Origin: an uncultured Clostridia bacterium
Lineage (GTDB): Bacteria > Bacillota > Clostridia > TANB77 > CAG-508
Assembly: GCA_934141445.1 (NCBI GenBank)
Contig: CAKPCF010000002.1
Coordinates: 34,752 to 98,751 of the forward strand
Direction of reading: 5' to 3'
Length of the DNA stretch: 64,000 nt
Within the stretch, counting starts at the first letter, position 1, and every line of letters starts with the position of its first letter. Under the pieces are notes generated by a model. It was not told the DNA's origin. It did not search any database and saw nothing but the letters and a program-made list of their open reading frames with translations. Positions 1 to 10,618 of the stretch are shown here, one piece after another. A program made the position numbers and the translations under genes.

Positions 1-2
1 AT

Positions 3-272
3 TCTCGTTGTGATTTATATTCACCAGAATTTAATGGAGATAGCAAAAATAATGTAGCTGGTAGAGACATATTTTCAGATGCTTTAAATATTGCAGGAAT
101 TGCAGTAAATTATGATGTTAAATTTAAAGAATATGGTGTAACTCATGTAATAAGTTATGCAAATTCAAAATTATCAATGTTACTTTCAAATGATGAAAGA
201 TATAGACAAATTTATGATGATGGAATATTTAAAATATTTTCAAGAATTGCAACAGAAAAAACAAATAACTAA
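3..272 (+). CDS. C-terminal fragment of an unidentified protein (gene starts upstream of the window)
   Basis: Frame 3 is open from the window edge to TAA at 270-272 (...NDERYRQIYDDGIFKIFSRIATEKTNN*). It is absent from the ORF track because it has no start. No family motif recognised. Confidence 0.45.
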   Translation, partial: SRCDLYSPEFNGDSKNNVAGRDIFSDALNIAGIAVNYDVKFKEYGVTHVISYANSKLSMLLSNDERYRQIYDDGIFKIFSRIATEKTNN

Positions 273-279
273 TAAATAG

Positions 280-798
280 TTGAAAGGGAAAAAATTGAAG
301 GATAAAAAAATAAGAAAGATTTTCATTTTATCTATAATATTTATTGTGATTGACCAGATTACGAAAATACTAGCAGTTTATTTTAAAAATTTGAATTTTG
401 GTTTTATAAAAATAAATTGTACTAGTAATGAAGGTATTGCTTTAGGATTTAATCAAAATAATTTGACTAATATTTTAATTGCGATAATTGTATTGGGAAT
501 AATATTTAATTTTATTCATCAACAAAAAGAAAAATTGAATAATAAGATAATTTTTTCTTTAGCAATGGTTATTTCTGGTGGAATTGGAAACTTAATAGAT
601 AGAATTTTAAGAGGAGCAGTAGTTGATTTTATAGATATAGGAAATTTTCCAATTTTTAATTTAGCAGATAGTTTTGTTGTTATTGGTTGGATAATTTTAG
701 TGTATAATTTATTAGATTATTTAAAATATGATATCAAACTTATGGAAGTTAATGTAAAAAATAAAACTGAGGTGAAAAAGAATTGCAAGAAAAAGTAA
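280..798 (+). CDS. lspA: lipoprotein signal peptidase II
   Basis: Polytopic 172-aa ORF with the SPase II motifs GGIGNLIDR and FNLADS. TTG start. Confidence 0.85.
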   Translation: MKGKKLKDKKIRKIFILSIIFIVIDQITKILAVYFKNLNFGFIKINCTSNEGIALGFNQNNLTNILIAIIVLGIIFNFIHQQKEKLNNKIIFSLAMVISGGIGNLIDRILRGAVVDFIDIGNFPIFNLADSFVVIGWIILVYNLLDYLKYDIKLMEVNVKNKTEVKKNCKKK

Positions 799-1553
799 AA
801 ATATTAGGTGTAGAAATAAATAATATAACATTAGATGAAACAGCTTTAAAGACTAAAGAACTAATTGAAAAAAGTAATAAATCTTGCAAAATTATTGTAG
901 CACCAAATGTTGAATTTATTATGCAAGCTCAAAAAGATAAAGAATTCTTTGAAATTTTAAAAAAAGCTGAACTTGCTACACCTGATAGTATAGGAGTAAT
1001 TATTGCAGGAAAGTTACAAAAGAAGCCATTTAAAGAGAGAATACCGGGACAAGCATATTTTAGAAAAGTGTTGGAAACTGCGGAAAAAGAAGGTTGGACA
1101 GTCTATTTATTAGGTGGGAAAGATGATATTCCACTAAAAACTAAACAAAATGTTGAAAAATTGTATCCAAAATTAAAAATCGTAGGATATCATGAAGGAT
1201 TTTTTGAAAAAGATTCAGAAGAAGATGTTATAAATGAAATAAATAGATTGCAACCTAATGTATTATTTGTTGCAATGGGAGCACCAAAACAAGAAAAATG
1301 GATTGCTAAACATCAAAAAGAATTGAAAGTTGATGTTGCAGCAGGACAGGGAGGAACTTTTGATTATGAAGCAGGAAATATAAAAAGAGCTCCAAAATGG
1401 ATACAAAAAATAGGAATGGAATGGTTATGGAGATTATTTCTTCAACCTTCAAGAATAAAAAGAATGTATGTATTACCTATTTATTTGATGAAAATAATAT
1501 TTACAAAAGATATGACAAAAAGCAAGTGGGAAAAATTAAATAAAGAAATTTAA
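783..1553 (+). CDS. tagA: WecB/TagA/CpsF-family glycosyltransferase
   Basis: [30 protein letters not shown] and [11 protein letters not shown] are typical of TagA/WecG. Overlaps the lspA stop by 16 nt. Confidence 0.7.
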   Translation: MQEKVKILGVEINNITLDETALKTKELIEKSNKSCKIIVAPNVEFIMQAQKDKEFFEILKKAELATPDSIGVIIAGKLQKKPFKERIPGQAYFRKVLETAEKEGWTVYLLGGKDDIPLKTKQNVEKLYPKLKIVGYHEGFFEKDSEEDVINEINRLQPNVLFVAMGAPKQEKWIAKHQKELKVDVAAGQGGTFDYEAGNIKRAPKWIQKIGMEWLWRLFLQPSRIKRMYVLPIYLMKIIFTKDMTKSKWEKLNKEI

Positions 1554-1582
1554 TTTTAATCAGATTGTGACTTAAGAAAGGA

Positions 1583-2521
1583 ATGGTTGTAAATATGAAA
1601 GAGTATATTGCTCAAGAAGAAAATTCTAATATTAGATTAGATAAGGCAATTTCTGAGAAAAATAGTGAACTTTCTAGAGTGGCTATACAAAGAATGATAG
1701 AAGAAGGAAAAATTTTAGTAAATGATAAAAAAGTAAAGGCTTCATATAAAGTTCAAAAAGGAGATAAAATCAGCATTGGTGAAGAAGAAATAAAAGAGGC
1801 AAAATTAGAAGCAGAAGATATACCACTAGATATTATATATGAAGATAAAGATATTATAGTAGTTAATAAACAAAAAGGGCTTGTTGTTCATCCAGGAAAT
1901 GGGAATTGGGACGGAACTTTGGTAAATGCTATTATGGCACATTGTAAAGATTTATCTGGAATTGGTGGAGAAATAAGACCAGGAATTGTTCATCGAATTG
2001 ATAAAGATACATCAGGGCTACTGATTATTGCTAAAAATGATAAAGCACATATAAATGTCAGTGAACAGATAAAAAATCACCAAGTAAAGAAAACATATAT
2101 AGCATTAGTTAGAGGAACTTTTAAAGAAAATGAAGCAACAATAAATATGCCAATTGCAAGAAGTACAAAGGACAGAACAAAAATGGCAGTAAATAGAAAT
2201 GGAAAAGAAGCAATAACTCATTTTAAAGTATTAGAGAGGTTTTCTGATTGTACATTATTAGAAGTAAACATTGAAACAGGAAGAACACATCAAATAAGAG
2301 TACATATGGCTGAAATTGGTAGACCACTTATTGGGGATACTGTATATTCAAATGGAAAAAATAGATTTAATGTACAAGGACAGATGTTACATAGTTACAA
2401 ATTAGAATTCAAGCATCCTTCTACTGGTAAAACAATGAGTTTAACTGCTCCATTACCAGAATACTTTGAAAATATTTTACAGGAACTAAGAAAAGAGAAG
2501 GGAGAAATTACTGAAAAGTAG
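1583..2521 (+). CDS. rluD: RluA/RluD-family 23S rRNA pseudouridine synthase
   Basis: S4-like N-terminus, catalytic motif HRIDKDTSGLLIIAK, and GRTHQIRVH. The ATG at 1595 (MKEYIAQ) is better spaced from the AAAGGA ribosome-binding site (RBS) than 1583. Confidence 0.85.
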   Translation: MVVNMKEYIAQEENSNIRLDKAISEKNSELSRVAIQRMIEEGKILVNDKKVKASYKVQKGDKISIGEEEIKEAKLEAEDIPLDIIYEDKDIIVVNKQKGLVVHPGNGNWDGTLVNAIMAHCKDLSGIGGEIRPGIVHRIDKDTSGLLIIAKNDKAHINVSEQIKNHQVKKTYIALVRGTFKENEATINMPIARSTKDRTKMAVNRNGKEAITHFKVLERFSDCTLLEVNIETGRTHQIRVHMAEIGRPLIGDTVYSNGKNRFNVQGQMLHSYKLEFKHPSTGKTMSLTAPLPEYFENILQELRKEKGEITEK

Positions 2522-2529
2522 TTAGTGAA

Positions 2530-3249
2530 ATGGAAGAAATTAGATTACAAAAATATATGGCAGACTGTGGTGTAGCATCAAGAAGAAAATGTGAAGAACT
2601 TATTGAAGCAGGTGATGTAACTGTAAATGGTGTACTTGTCACGGAATTAGGTACTAAAGTAATTCCAGGTAAAGATGAAGTATGTTTTAAGGGAAGAAAA
2701 ATAAGACCATCTGAGAGAAAAGTGTATATATTATTAAATAAACCAATTGGCTATGTTACAACAGTTTCTGACCAATTTAATAGAGATACAGTATTAGACT
2801 TAGTAAAAGTTAAGGAAAGAATCGTACCAGTTGGTAGATTGGATATGTATACTTCTGGTGCTTTAATACTAACAAATGATGGAGAATTTGTTAATATAGT
2901 AACACACCCAAGTCATGAAATAGAAAAAACATATACTGTAACAATAATTGGTATTGTTACAAAGGAAGATGTGAAGAAACTAGAAGATGGTGTTATTATA
3001 GATGAAAATTATAAGACTAAACCAGCAAAAGTAAAAATATTAAAAACAGATACAGAGCTAAATAGATCAAGGCTAGAAATAAAAATTCATGAAGGAAAGA
3101 ATAGACAGGTTCGTAAAATGTGTGAAGCAATTGGAAAAAAAGTTGTTGCATTACATAGAACTAAGATTGGCAATTTACAGGTTAAAGACTTAAAAATAGG
3201 AACTTGGAGATATTTAACAGATATTGAAGTAAAAAGCTTGATTAAATAA
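2530..3249 (+). CDS. RsuA/RluB-family pseudouridine synthase
   Basis: S4 domain (LQKYMADCGVASRRKCEELI), catalytic VGRLDMYTSGALILTNDG, and GKNRQVRKM. Confidence 0.8.
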   Translation: MEEIRLQKYMADCGVASRRKCEELIEAGDVTVNGVLVTELGTKVIPGKDEVCFKGRKIRPSERKVYILLNKPIGYVTTVSDQFNRDTVLDLVKVKERIVPVGRLDMYTSGALILTNDGEFVNIVTHPSHEIEKTYTVTIIGIVTKEDVKKLEDGVIIDENYKTKPAKVKILKTDTELNRSRLEIKIHEGKNRQVRKMCEAIGKKVVALHRTKIGNLQVKDLKIGTWRYLTDIEVKSLIK

Positions 3250-3312
3250 TATATAAAATTTATAATATATTTGAAAAGCAGATTGCTTATAAGATACAAA
3301 AGAGGAGAATAT

Positions 3313-4116
3313 ATGGAATATCAAAAGTTTATTCCAGAAGGGTGGGACAGCACTCAAGAAGTATACAGTAAAGAAAGAATAAAAAAAGCCTTTGAAACTG
3401 GAGAAATTATGCATGGAATTGTAAATGAATGTGATAGCAATTACAATTTGCATATAAATTTATGTGATGGGATTACTGGTATTATACCAAGAAATGAGAT
3501 TGATGCAGTTAGTAAAGATGATTATGGATTTACTAGTCCGAAAATTTGCCAATATAAGGTAAATACTTTAGTACAATTTAAAGTTAAAGAAATTTACTCA
3601 GATAATCAGATTATGTTATCAAGGAAACAGGTTGGAGAAGAAGCTTTAAATTGGATAAAAAGTGATTTGAAACCAGGGATGATAGTTAATGGGATTGTAA
3701 AGAACATTAGAAAATTTGGTGCTTTTATAGAAATTGGAGGAGGCATTGTAGGTTTATTACATATAGAAGATATATCAGTTTCAAGAATAAAATCACCAGA
3801 AGAACGTTTTAGTATTGGACAAAAAGTAAAAGTTATGATAAAATCAATAGACAAGTTAACAGGTAAGGTTATTTTAACATATAAGGAATTACTTGGAGAT
3901 TGGTATGAAAATATTAAAGATTTAAAAGAAAAATCTGTTGTATCAGGGATTGTAAAAGAAGCAGATAAATTTAAAAACGGTATTTTTATAGAATTAAAGC
4001 CAAACTTAGTTGGACTTGCAGAATATAAAGAAGGCTTAAGATATGGTCAAAAAGTTAGTGTATATGTAAAAAAAATTATAGAAAAAAATAAAAAAATAAA
4101 ACTAATTATAGTATAA
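3313..4116 (+). CDS. S1 RNA-binding domain protein
   Basis: Repeated S1 OB-fold signature (GIVKNIRKFGAFIEIGGGIVGLLHIEDIS...GQKVKVMIKSID). ATG at 3313 follows AGAGGAG; the track ORF begins at TTG 3271. Confidence 0.75.
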   Translation: MEYQKFIPEGWDSTQEVYSKERIKKAFETGEIMHGIVNECDSNYNLHINLCDGITGIIPRNEIDAVSKDDYGFTSPKICQYKVNTLVQFKVKEIYSDNQIMLSRKQVGEEALNWIKSDLKPGMIVNGIVKNIRKFGAFIEIGGGIVGLLHIEDISVSRIKSPEERFSIGQKVKVMIKSIDKLTGKVILTYKELLGDWYENIKDLKEKSVVSGIVKEADKFKNGIFIELKPNLVGLAEYKEGLRYGQKVSVYVKKIIEKNKKIKLIIV

Positions 4117-4146
4117 GCAGAACTATTAAATAAAGGAGGCTATAAA

Positions 4147-5082
4147 ATGGTAGAAGATGAGAAAATAAAAACTACCGTATCTCCATTCGCTATTAGAGAA
4201 GGAGAAATAAAAACTTTTGATGGGAAAGATGGATATGTATCTATAAATCAGATTATCCAAAAAATCAATTTAGGACATATTGGTGACATTCATTTTGAAA
4301 TTTTAAATTTAGTAAATGAATTTGAGTTTATGACATCTAGACAGATTTATTTTATGCTATTAGCTAGAAATGTAGATATTAAATCTCAAGATAAATTGAA
4401 TACTAAATTAGAACAACTAGTAAAAACTAAGATTTTAACAAGATATTATTTTTCTTCTGAAGAAGGAAAGGGAATATATAGAGTATATTGCTTAGAAAAA
4501 ATGGGAAAATATTTATTAAATTCTAGAGAGAAAGAATGCAAATGGCAACCGACAGATAATACTAAACCAGTATCTTTAATAAAAAAACGTTTAGCTGGAA
4601 ATCAAGTAATTATTGCTTACATAAGAAAATCAAGTAATTTTAAAAGTTATGTAGTTAAACCACAAATAACTGCAAAAATGTTAGGAAAAACATTTAAAGC
4701 ACATGGTAAAGTTACTCTTGGAAAAAATAATAAAACAATAGATTTGCTATTTGAATGTGTAAGAAGAGAAGCTGATTGGGAGAAAAAATTCGGTGAAAGA
4801 ATGAATTACTATAAAGACTTTTATAATAATTTTGTCCCAGGAGATTCAGGATTTATGGGAATGCCACAACTAATTCTAGTTTGTGAAGATGATAAACATA
4901 TGGTAGAAACACTTCGTGAAATTATAAGTCAAAATCTAAATATAGATAAAATAAAATTATATTTCACAACAGATTTAAAACAAAATACTACTACATTAGA
5001 TAGATCATTAACTGAATTTATTAAAGATGAGACAACTGGAAAATATAAAGCTATAAATGTAGAATTTAAAGTTTTAGCTTAA
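4147..5082 (+). CDS. replication-relaxation (Replic_Relax)-like protein, divergent
   Basis: N-terminal winged-HTH-like pattern (HFEILNLVNEFEFMTSRQIYFML...LEQLVKTKILTRYYF) and a later DLLFECVRRE block resemble PF13814 proteins, but the usual His motif was not seen. Starts 30 nt after the S1 gene behind AAAGGAGG. Confidence 0.4.
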   Translation: MVEDEKIKTTVSPFAIREGEIKTFDGKDGYVSINQIIQKINLGHIGDIHFEILNLVNEFEFMTSRQIYFMLLARNVDIKSQDKLNTKLEQLVKTKILTRYYFSSEEGKGIYRVYCLEKMGKYLLNSREKECKWQPTDNTKPVSLIKKRLAGNQVIIAYIRKSSNFKSYVVKPQITAKMLGKTFKAHGKVTLGKNNKTIDLLFECVRREADWEKKFGERMNYYKDFYNNFVPGDSGFMGMPQLILVCEDDKHMVETLREIISQNLNIDKIKLYFTTDLKQNTTTLDRSLTEFIKDETTGKYKAINVEFKVLA

Positions 5083-5375
5083 CAAAAAAATAAAAATGAT
5101 ATTAAATGGTTAACAGACGTTTATTTGTTAAAAATTTCATGATTTAGTCCTGGCAATTTATAAATTTTTCTTGCTATAATTATTATAATTTTAATTTTAA
5201 TTAGTGTAATTTCGGTTTTTATTATAAAACAAAATAAGCAAATAAAAGAATATAAAGAAAGTTATGAGTATGGAAAAGAACAATTAGATATATACAAGAA
5301 AGCACTTGAAACATCAGGGTATAGAATAAAATTTAATAATAATGGAACTTATGAGTTAGTAAAAAAATAAAGGTA

Positions 5376-5406
5376 ATAAAAAATGGAGCTTTAAGCTCCA
5401 TTTTTT
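5376..5406. terminator. bidirectional rho-independent terminator
   Basis: aaaaaa-TGGAGCT-tta-AGCTCCA-tttttt, with stems at 5384-5390 and 5394-5400. Lies between convergent genes. Confidence 0.75.
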
Positions 5407-7747
5407 ATTGCTTTTTATTATTGAAATTTGTAATAGCATTTTCATCATCAAATGAATATCTTTGATTGTTTGTATTGTTTTGAATAGGGTCCATATCATT
5501 TGGATTGTTTGGATTCTCATTAAAGTTGATATGTTTCAAATCAAATCTGTTTTTATTTGTTTCCTCATGACCTTTGTTAATTATTCCATTTGTGAATTTT
5601 GTAAAATTATATGTTTTAATTTTTTGTTTCTCTTTGTATTTTGACTCAAGGAAATCTATTTTTGCGGCTCCTATAACATTTTTACCTTTTAAGTCTTTTG
5701 TTTTATAAATGATGTTTTTGAATTTCAAAGACTGTATCTTACCAGCTTTGTAGTTTTCTTTCCAAGACCACTTGATATTTTTATAATTTGCATCATATTC
5801 GCCTTTGTCTGTCTTGTAATCGTTGGTAAATGTCCACTCTCTTTTTTCTCCAAATTCTTTTTGCCACCATTCATTGTCTTCTGGAGTATTGTTACCAAAG
5901 ACAATTTTTGTTGTACAGTTTGCAAGTAAAGTTTGTCTAAAGTTATCATTATTAGTTCTGCCATTACCGAATTGAGATAAGTTTTGTGCGGAAACAATTG
6001 TACCAACACGATATTTTCTATATAGTGTGAATATATCTTCGGTTGCTCTACATACAAATGGAGGAAATTCATCAACATATAAGAAGTGAGGAATACGTGA
6101 TTTTTCATTTCCTGGTCTAGATAATACTGAATGTTGCATTAGTAATAAGAAGAATAGACCAAATGCTTTATGAATACTTGCACCTAAATCTCCACGTCTT
6201 GTACATACTAATATTACTTCACCATTTTTTAATACATCATCATAATTTATATTATTTGTTCTGTTACATAAAATTGCTCTAACACCTGGATAACGAAGTA
6301 GGTTTTCAAGTTGTGCTGCAGATGCTTGTAAGTATTTTGCTGTTTCATCTCTTCCAACAGCATCTTTGTAAAATGTCTTTTTAAAGTAACCTAATTGAAT
6401 ATCATATTTTCTAGATAATTCTTCATCTTGTCTCATTTGTTCAGCCATTTCTTCGATTGAGTCAAAGTTGTTTATCAAGTTCATTAAATCTTCTAAAGTA
6501 GGTAAATCACCATTATGTAATCTTGGATACATTTCTTTTACTAATAATGTTAGATTTTCAATTGCTTGTGTTGTAATATTTTGCATAAATGCTTCATCAA
6601 CAGATGTAGTATTATTAAGATTTGCTTCAGAATTGTACATTCTTTTTAATACAGATGATATTGCAATTGATGTTTTTATTGGGTCATCAAATATGAATGG
6701 GTTTAAACCAACTGATTTTGGATCATCTGGGTCAATTAGTTTGTATGGTATACCAAAATTATCAGCAACATCTTGAATACGAGATATTGATTCAAAATCA
6801 GGAGCAAGATATGTGATACCTAAATTTTTGTAAATTGTGTTTTCTCCATCATATTTGTAAATAAGCTTTTTCATATAAGCTTTATATAATTTTTCCTTTG
6901 ATGTTATTGGTACTAGCATATTCAAAGAAAAATTATTATTTATGTAGTCATTTGAATAAGGTGAATTTAGATTTGCAAGACCTGTACGCAAAGCTGTATA
7001 TCCCATTTCTTTAGCAGCTTCTTTAAATAAATATTTCTTTTCTAAATCTCTTGCAATCATTGGTTCGAACATCATAGATGTTTTTCCGGAACCAGATACA
7101 CCAACTATAAGAGTAGATTCAAATCTTCTAGCTTCAGGTGTTTTAATAACTTTTCCAGTTTCTTTGTCTTTACAAAGATACATTTCACAAGTATATGGTC
7201 CCCAACCTTCTTTATTGTCAGATAAATCAATACCACCATAATCATAAATAGAATCTCTTAAATCTTTTGTATCATTTATTTTCATATAAATGAATTTAAA
7301 TAAAGGATAGAAAGATACTATTGGAATGTACCATGCAAATGCAGCCATTGCTGGTTTTATTAAATCCATAAAATTTAAAATTATGTAGCTGTAATTTGGT
7401 ACAGAAATAAGTAGTAGCCATTCTAATTGATTTATCCATTGAATAATCATAGATATTACAATAATATATAAACCAATCATATAAATATATACAAATGATA
7501 ATTTCTTTTTATCTTCAGTAACAAACTTTGAAGCAAAAGAAAAATAAAAAGCAAATACTGGACAAGCCATTGCTAATGTATATTTTATAGGTCCCCAATA
7601 AGAAACAGACATACCTGTTGCAACAATCATAATTATTTCTACGATTCTATCGATACAAAGATAAAATGCGACAAGTGTTAATACATAGGTTAAAAATGTA
7701 TTTCTATCTGTTTTTAATTTCTTTAAAAAATTGTCTATGTATTTCAA
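5405..7747 (-). CDS. VirD4/TraG/TraD-like type IV coupling-protein-like ATPase with polytopic N-terminus
   Basis: About 5 N-terminal transmembrane (TM) helices, Walker A LIVGVSGSGKTSMMFEP, Walker B-like HFLYVDEFPPF, and a downstream TIVSAQNLSQF block. Confidence 0.6.
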   Translation of the reverse strand: MKYIDNFLKKLKTDRNTFLTYVLTLVAFYLCIDRIVEIIMIVATGMSVSYWGPIKYTLAMACPVFAFYFSFASKFVTEDKKKLSFVYIYMIGLYIIVISMIIQWINQLEWLLLISVPNYSYIILNFMDLIKPAMAAFAWYIPIVSFYPLFKFIYMKINDTKDLRDSIYDYGGIDLSDNKEGWGPYTCEMYLCKDKETGKVIKTPEARRFESTLIVGVSGSGKTSMMFEPMIARDLEKKYLFKEAAKEMGYTALRTGLANLNSPYSNDYINNNFSLNMLVPITSKEKLYKAYMKKLIYKYDGENTIYKNLGITYLAPDFESISRIQDVADNFGIPYKLIDPDDPKSVGLNPFIFDDPIKTSIAISSVLKRMYNSEANLNNTTSVDEAFMQNITTQAIENLTLLVKEMYPRLHNGDLPTLEDLMNLINNFDSIEEMAEQMRQDEELSRKYDIQLGYFKKTFYKDAVGRDETAKYLQASAAQLENLLRYPGVRAILCNRTNNINYDDVLKNGEVILVCTRRGDLGASIHKAFGLFFLLLMQHSVLSRPGNEKSRIPHFLYVDEFPPFVCRATEDIFTLYRKYRVGTIVSAQNLSQFGNGRTNNDNFRQTLLANCTTKIVFGNNTPEDNEWWQKEFGEKREWTFTNDYKTDKGEYDANYKNIKWSWKENYKAGKIQSLKFKNIIYKTKDLKGKNVIGAAKIDFLESKYKEKQKIKTYNFTKFTNGIINKGHEETNKNRFDLKHINFNENPNNPNDMDPIQNNTNNQRYSFDDENAITNFNNKKQ

Positions 7748-7966
7748 TTAAATTCACCACTTTCATTAAAATTTATACATCTATATTATCTTATAAAATC
7801 ACCAAAAAAACAAGAGGTTTTAAAGAAAAAGTCTAAGTTTTTAGGCATTTTTAACTATTTATATGTGCGTGGAATTCAATATCAAAAAATAAATAAATTT
7901 TTGTAATATATTTGAAATGAAAATATATAAATTAAAATAAGAAAATATAATGAAAAGGAATAAGAA

Positions 7967-9535
7967 ATGAGAGTGAAAAATAGTTTTTTTAGAGGAGTTT
8001 TGTCTTTATTTACTGCTCAAATAATAATAAAAATATTTGGAATGGTATATAGTTTATATTTGACAAATAAAAAAGGTTTTGGAGATGCAGGAAATGCAAT
8101 ATATATGAGTGGATATCAAATATATGCTTTGTTTTTAACAATATCATCTATTGGTGTTCCAAATGCTATATCTAAATTAGTGTCTGAAAAATTAGCAAAT
8201 AATGAAGAATATGGTGCAGATAGAATTTTCAAAACAGCTTTAATTACATTTTCAATATTCGGAATTGCTTGTACAGCTATTTTGTTTTTATTTTCAGAAA
8301 ATATTGCAAATAATTTATTACAAATAAAAGAATCTAAATATTCATTGATGTTTCTAGCTCCTGCAATTTTTTTTGTATCTGTATCTAGTGTTGTTGAAGG
8401 ATATTTTAATGGAAGAAAAGAAATTAAGCAAACTGCAAAAGCTCAATCAATAGAGCAATTATTAAAAATGATTTTTACAATAGGATTTGTAGAAGTAATT
8501 GCTAATTTAAGTGGAAATAATACAAAGTATATGGCAGCTGCAGCTAATTTTGCAACAACAGTTGCAACAATGCTTTCTGTTTTTTACTTATATATCATTA
8601 GTAAAAAAATAAGAAAGAATATTGATTTTAAATCATTAAGATCTTATGAGAAGGAAAGTTTATTAAGTATAATAATAAATATTGCTAAAGTATCAATTCC
8701 TTTAGCAATAGGTTCAATGCTTGTTGCTTTATATAAAAATATAGATGCATTAACTGTTGTAAGAATTTTAAAAAACTTTATAGGAGAAGAATTAGCACAG
8801 GCAAGATATGGAATATTAACTTCAAAGGTAGATGTCTTACTTACTGTACCCCTAAGCTTCACTATGGCTTTCATTGTAGCTTTAATACCTGAAATTGCTA
8901 GTGCAAAAGTAAGAAAAGATGATGATGAAATAAGCAAAAAAATCTCATTTTCTATATTAGTTACTATGTTGATGGCTATTCCAGCTATGTTTGGGATATA
9001 TTATTATGCAGAGGATATAATTAAACTATTGTTTCCAAATGCTATGCAGGGAGCTGAGCTACTAAGAATTTCTGCATTTGTTATACCTTTTGAAATACTG
9101 GTTCAAACAATAAATGGAAGCTTGCAAGGTCTTGGAAAATTGAAAGTAACAACATTTGCTTTGCTAATTGGTGCTATTGTTAAGTTAATTGGAAACATTA
9201 TATTTATGAATATACCAGCATTACTTGAAAAAGGAGCTATAATAAGTACAATGTGTTGTTATTTTACGGTTTTTATTATTTCTGGAATGTCATTGAGGAA
9301 AAATTGTAAATTAAAAATAGATATAATACAAGTTCTAATTAAACCAGTGATTGCAAGTATAATAATGATAGTTGTATCTAAGATACTTTACCAATATTTG
9401 ATTACATTAGGATTTATACAAAAATATGTTACGATAATAACAATATTAAGTGCTGTTATAATATATATTGTGACTTTAGTGCCAATGATGTCAAAAGAAT
9501 TTTTTGAAAATCTTAAGGTGAAAAATGTTTCTTGA
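7967..9535 (+). CDS. spoVB: stage V sporulation protein B / MOP-superfamily flippase
   Basis: 522-aa, ~14-TM protein. The N-terminus (FRGVLSLFTAQIIIKIFGMVYSLYLTN...GNAIYMSGYQIYALFLTISSIGVPNAISKLVSEK) matches the SpoVB/MurJ-like pattern. Lies upstream of hup as in Clostridia and Bacilli. Confidence 0.7.
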   Translation: MRVKNSFFRGVLSLFTAQIIIKIFGMVYSLYLTNKKGFGDAGNAIYMSGYQIYALFLTISSIGVPNAISKLVSEKLANNEEYGADRIFKTALITFSIFGIACTAILFLFSENIANNLLQIKESKYSLMFLAPAIFFVSVSSVVEGYFNGRKEIKQTAKAQSIEQLLKMIFTIGFVEVIANLSGNNTKYMAAAANFATTVATMLSVFYLYIISKKIRKNIDFKSLRSYEKESLLSIIINIAKVSIPLAIGSMLVALYKNIDALTVVRILKNFIGEELAQARYGILTSKVDVLLTVPLSFTMAFIVALIPEIASAKVRKDDDEISKKISFSILVTMLMAIPAMFGIYYYAEDIIKLLFPNAMQGAELLRISAFVIPFEILVQTINGSLQGLGKLKVTTFALLIGAIVKLIGNIIFMNIPALLEKGAIISTMCCYFTVFIISGMSLRKNCKLKIDIIQVLIKPVIASIIMIVVSKILYQYLITLGFIQKYVTIITILSAVIIYIVTLVPMMSKEFFENLKVKNVS

Positions 9536-9745
9536 AAATAAATTTAATGAAAAAATGCAAATCCTAAAACTGAGTAAAATCAACAGTTTTACGAATTACA
9601 AGCCTTGAAAATGTTGAAAAATAAAATAAAATTAAAAATAATTCTAAAAAAAGAAGGATTTTAGAAGGTTTTGGCGAATATTGTTATTGTAGAATAAAAA
9701 AGTAATGGTTTCTACATACTAAACACTATTAGGAGGTAATTTAAA

Positions 9746-10024
9746 ATGAACAAAGCTGAATTGATCGCAGCAATAGCTGCTAAAACAGGTGAAACAAAGA
9801 AAAGTGCTGAAGAAACAGTTAACGCTTTTGTAGATGTTGTTACTGATTCTCTAAAAAAAGGAGACAAAGTTCAATTAGTTGGATTTGGTTCTTTTGAAGT
9901 TAGAAAAAGAGCAGCTAGAAAAGGAAGAAACCCACAAACTAAAGAAGAAATTAAAATACCAGCATCAAAAGCTCCAGTATTCAAAGCTGGAAAAGCATTA
10001 AAAGATTTAGTAAATAAAAAATAA
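9746..10024 (+). CDS. hup: DNA-binding protein HU
   Basis: MNKAELI...[46 protein letters not shown]. Strong RBS AGGAGG. Confidence 0.95.
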   Translation: MNKAELIAAIAAKTGETKKSAEETVNAFVDVVTDSLKKGDKVQLVGFGSFEVRKRAARKGRNPQTKEEIKIPASKAPVFKAGKALKDLVNKK

Positions 10025-10148
10025 GAATTATATATTCAAAAAGATATGGTTTTATGCTATATCTTTTTTTATTTTTATATTGCAAATAAAAATAATTATC
10101 TATATAATCATTATAAATTTATTTTATACTAAAGAAGTAGGTGAGAAT

Positions 10149-10592
10149 ATGAGTGAACCAATTGAAATTGTATTTTTAGATGATGATAAAATGACAGTAT
10201 TAGATAGACAACTTGTTGATTATGGTGCTAAAGCTGAATATACAGGAGAAATTCCAGAAAAAGCAGCAACAGTAGATGGAACTTATGAATTTATTGGTTG
10301 GTCAAATGAAGAAAAACTAGAATGTGTAACAGAAAGATTAACTTTAGTAGCTAGATATAAGTTAAACCCTAGTATTAAAACGCAAGAAGCTATGTATGAA
10401 AAATCTTTGGAAAATGCTGAAAATTCAAATATTAAGGAAACTATAGAAGCAGGACAAAAAGTTAGTGAGCAACAAGCTGCTTTAGCAAAAGATAAAAGAA
10501 GCTATGATGAAATTGTTAAAGATATATTAAAAAATGGCAAGACTGAGGTAGGAGTTGATTTAGAGCAAAATAAAGATGCTTTTGAAAAATAA
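10149..10592 (+). CDS. hypothetical protein with one Listeria-Bacteroides (InlB B-repeat-like) motif
   Basis: ATG at 10149 after AGGTGAG. The pattern YEFIGWSNEE...LTLVARY resembles the Flg_new repeat. Confidence 0.4.
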   Translation: MSEPIEIVFLDDDKMTVLDRQLVDYGAKAEYTGEIPEKAATVDGTYEFIGWSNEEKLECVTERLTLVARYKLNPSIKTQEAMYEKSLENAENSNIKETIEAGQKVSEQQAALAKDKRSYDEIVKDILKNGKTEVGVDLEQNKDAFEK

Positions 10593-10618
10593 TACAAAAG
10601 ATATTGGGGGAGAAATAT

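Noticed and set aside
5107-5370. Possible small membrane-protein gene between the Replic_Relax-like gene and the terminator (…IFLAIIIIILILISVISVFIIKQNKQIKEYKESYEYGKEQLDIYKKALETSGYRIKFNNNGTYELVKK*)
   Set aside because: The 68-codon open frame (5164-5370) has no ATG, GTG or TTG start and no RBS. An upstream ATG (5107) is in another frame and stops after 13 codons. It may be a frameshifted relic, but it cannot be supported as a gene.
4147-7747. Calling the T4CP-like / Replic_Relax-like pair an intact integrative conjugative or mobilisable element
   Set aside because: No integrase, T4SS channel genes, oriT-like repeats or flanking direct repeats are visible. The left gene is operonic with housekeeping genes. 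It is reported only as an orphan pair.
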